Positions 13,379-15,095 of a DNA stretch of 15,095 nucleotides are shown here, piece after piece. A program made the position numbers and the translations under genes. The stretch comes from Thermoplasmata archaeon (lineage in GTDB: Archaea; Thermoplasmatota; SW-10-69-26; JACQPN01; JAJPHT01), in the NCBI GenBank assembly GCA_034667685.1, contig JAXDQU010000035.1, positions 1 to 15,095 of the forward strand, written 5' to 3'. The first letter of the stretch is position 1. Each line of letters opens with the position of its first letter. The notes beneath the pieces are model-generated. The model was not told the DNA's origin. It did not search any database and was given only the letters and a program-made list of their open reading frames with translations.

Positions 13379-14722
13379 TCAGCTTTGCTTGCCCAGGGCG
13401 GTTTCGACGGCTTGGCGCAGGGCGTGGGCGTCGGCGCGGCCTTGGAGGCGGCGCATGGCTTGGCCGACGAGGTAGTTCAGGGCGGTGGTCTTGCCGGCGC
13501 GCCAGTCGGCGATGGCTTTGGGGTTTTGGGCGAGGGCGTCGCGGACGGCGGCGGCGAGGGCGTCTTCGGCGGGGGCGGCCTGGCCCAGCTCGGCGGCGAG
13601 GAGCGTGGCGAGGTTGCCTGTGTCGAAGCCGGCGCGGAGGAGGCGGGTGGCGGCTTGGGGTTGGAGGTGGCCTGCGTGGCGGGCGTCGGCGAGCGCGGCG
13701 AGGTCGGCGGGCGTGACCGGCGCGTGGGCGAGCTTGGTGCGGCGGTATTCGAGCTCGGCGCGGACGTCGCGGGCGAGGAAGGCGAACGAGGCGGGCGTGG
13801 CGCAGAGGTCGTAGGCGTCGGCGAGGGCGCGCTCTTCGATCAGGAGGCCCGCTTCTTCCTCGCGGACGCCGGCGCGGGTGGCGATGCGGGCGCGGCGGGC
13901 GAAGGGGCTTTCTTCCGGTGGGATGCGGGCGGCGAGGCGGGCGAGGTCGAGGGGCGCGACGTCGGGGTCGGGCAGGTGGCGGTAGTCGGCGTCGGTCTCC
14001 TTCTCGCGGAGCGTGGCCGTGGTGCCGCTGGCTTCGTCGAAGCCGCGCGTCTCGCGCTTGACTACGCCGCCGTTTGATATCAGACTGCGTTGGCGGGCGA
14101 GCTCGGCCTCCAGGGCGCGCTCGACGTTGCGGGCGCCGTGGACGTTCTTGACCTCGACGCGCGCGCCGCCTTCCAGGCTGGCGTTGCAGTCGGCCTTCAT
14201 GCCGGCGGCTTCGCGGTGGATGCCGAGGTAGGCGAGGTCGAGGCGCAGCTCCTGCATGAGGAGGCGCGCGTGGGCCGGGTCGCGGATGGTGGGCTCGGTG
14301 ACCAGCTCGATCAGCGGCGCGCCGGCGCGGTTGAGGTCGACGGTGCCCGCGTCCGCGTCGTACGCGCCGGGGTCCTCCTCGACGTGCAGCTCGGTGAGCG
14401 CGACGTCCGTGAGCGAGCCGCCGGTGGCGACGGGCTCGCCGGTGCGCTGGTAGTTGGCCGGGCTGTCGGGGTAGAAGTAGTGCTTGCGCAGCACGCGCGC
14501 GCGGGGTGATGGGACCATGCCCAGCGCGCGGGCGAGGCGCAGCGCGGCGACGTAGGCGGCCTCGTTGGGCGGGAGCGGCTTGGCGCCGGGCTGGCCCACG
14601 CAGATCGGGCAGAGGTTGGCGTTGGGGCGCGCGGCCGCGAGGAAGTCCGCGTCGCAGCCGCAGTGGAGCTTGCTGCGCGCCGCCACGTAGAGGTGCACTT
14701 CGAGGCCGATCTTGGCGCTCAT
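13379..14722 (-). CDS. gatB: Asp-tRNA(Asn)/Glu-tRNA(Gln) amidotransferase subunit B
   Basis: KIGLEVH, RKHYFYPD, HVEEDPG, DLNRAGAPLIELVTEP, RVEVKN, DYRHLPDPD motifs; C-terminal YqeY-like domain. Confidence 0.97.
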   Translation of the reverse strand: MSAKIGLEVHLYVAARSKLHCGCDADFLAAARPNANLCPICVGQPGAKPLPPNEAAYVAALRLARALGMVPSPRARVLRKHYFYPDSPANYQRTGEPVATGGSLTDVALTELHVEEDPGAYDADAGTVDLNRAGAPLIELVTEPTIRDPAHARLLMQELRLDLAYLGIHREAAGMKADCNASLEGGARVEVKNVHGARNVERALEAELARQRSLISNGGVVKRETRGFDEASGTTATLREKETDADYRHLPDPDVAPLDLARLAARIPPEESPFARRARIATRAGVREEEAGLLIEERALADAYDLCATPASFAFLARDVRAELEYRRTKLAHAPVTPADLAALADARHAGHLQPQAATRLLRAGFDTGNLATLLAAELGQAAPAEDALAAAVRDALAQNPKAIADWRAGKTTALNYLVGQAMRRLQGRADAHALRQAVETALGKQS

Positions 14723-15095
14723 CCGGCGATCGCCTCCACGACGCGCATGGCGCGCAGCACGCCCGCGTCGTCGCCTTCGCGTCCGATCACCTGGAGCCCC
14801 ACCGGCAGGCCCTCGACGCGCAGCGGGACGCTGCCGGCCGGCACGCGCGCGAGGTTCGCGAGCACGGTGAGGACGTCGGCGGCGTACATCTGGCGCGGGT
14901 CGTCGATGCGCTCGCCCAGGCGGAAGGCGCGCATCGGCATGGTGGGGCCCATGAGCACGTCGCAGCGCGCCAGCGCGTTCCGCACGTCCTGCGCGATCGC
15001 CTCGCGGGCCCGCAGGGCGGCGTCGTGCCAGCGCGCGCGCTCGGCGCGGCTCGTGACGAACGTGCCCAGGAGGATGCGGCGTTTGATCTCCGGCC
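14719..15095 (-). CDS. gatA: Amidotransferase subunit A, C-terminal part (5' end beyond the window)
   Basis: Frame open from the window edge: PEIKRRILLGTF...PTMP...MYAADVLTVLANLA...GLPVGLQVIG; ATGA overlap with gatB. Confidence 0.93.
   Translation of the reverse strand, partial: PEIKRRILLGTFVTSRAERARWHDAALRAREAIAQDVRNALARCDVLMGPTMPMRAFRLGERIDDPRQMYAADVLTVLANLARVPAGSVPLRVEGLPVGLQVIGREGDDAGVLRAMRVVEAIAG

Overview
High-GC chromosomal window, probably archaeal (Thermoplasmatota-like, by inference). The evidence is TATA-like boxes ~25 nt before apparently leaderless starts, Sm-fold and PRC-barrel genes, AGC lipoboxes and an archaeal-type M50 protease. Genes in order: two hypothetical proteins, an MFS transporter-DUF309 pair, an M50 site-2 protease, a divergent LSm-like protein, a BNR/Asp-box lipoprotein, a frameshifted small lipoprotein, a GH15-GT4-GH57 alpha-glucan operon, a PfkB kinase, a PRC-barrel protein, and gatB plus partial gatA. 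The most unusual signal is non-coding. Most large intergenic gaps carry a long inverted repeat whose arms are built from short tandem units, and the unit differs at each locus. Three of these share a loop 10-mer TT(T/C)TTCTCGT, two share a 22-nt terminus, and several carry GC-GNA-GC mini-hairpins at their edges. No transposase or nuclease that could explain them is in the window. All calls come from reading motifs by eye; no database searches were run.
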